Of a stretch of DNA of 64,000 nucleotides, positions 63,777-64,000 are shown in pieces. A model generated the notes under the pieces. It was not told the origin of the DNA. It made no database searches and was given only the letters and a program-made list of their open reading frames with translations. The position numbers and the translations under genes were made by a program. How positions within the stretch are numbered: the first letter of the stretch is position 1; each line of letters starts with the position of its first letter. The stretch is taken from NCBI GenBank assembly GCA_051362555.1, contig CM120640.1, forward strand, positions 36,537,967 through 36,601,966, read 5' to 3'. This DNA comes from Lingula anatina. Its lineage: Eukaryota; Animalia; Brachiopoda.

Positions 63777-64000
63777 CTGGATCCAAGTAAGGACAAAATT
63801 CTCCAAGCCTGTAGAAAATCTTATTTTATTATTTTTAATTTCTTAAAAAATTAAGGTTGAGAAAAATTAAATATTATGATTGAACAGATATTATACCTCT
63901 GTTATTTTCCTTTTTGATGTAATTATATTATGCATTTCCTTAGTGCATTTTTCTTTCTCACATGTACTTAAAGTAATATTTGAAATCAAATTCAGTTATC

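Overview
AT-rich animal genomic DNA with spliceosomal introns; a lophotrochozoan or mollusc source is plausible from the repeat types, but that is inference. Bases 1 to ~27.3 kb hold most of a multi-exon PLEKHA5/6/7 (Drosophila kramer-like) gene on the + strand. It has the end of a WW domain, a PH domain, a long disordered region, coiled coils and the IPERY motif. I traced 30 phase-consistent exons (~1,900 codons), with the start upstream of the window and up to three alternative phase-1 last exons. The rest is repeat-rich: a 2.5-kb TIR transposon with a 4-bp TSD, a 34-bp minisatellite, three Helentron-associated (HINE-like) families, an Academ-type MITE with visible empty sites, a decayed Gypsy pol interrupted by an RTE LINE, and a decayed Tx1-like LINE. 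The most novel candidate is an unrecognised minus-strand spliced gene (~63.8 to 44.7 kb) threaded through these repeats. Its exons chain in phase except for one in-frame TAA, and it has tandemly duplicated mini-exons ending in EHxY. All exon calls were read by eye; no homology search was run.
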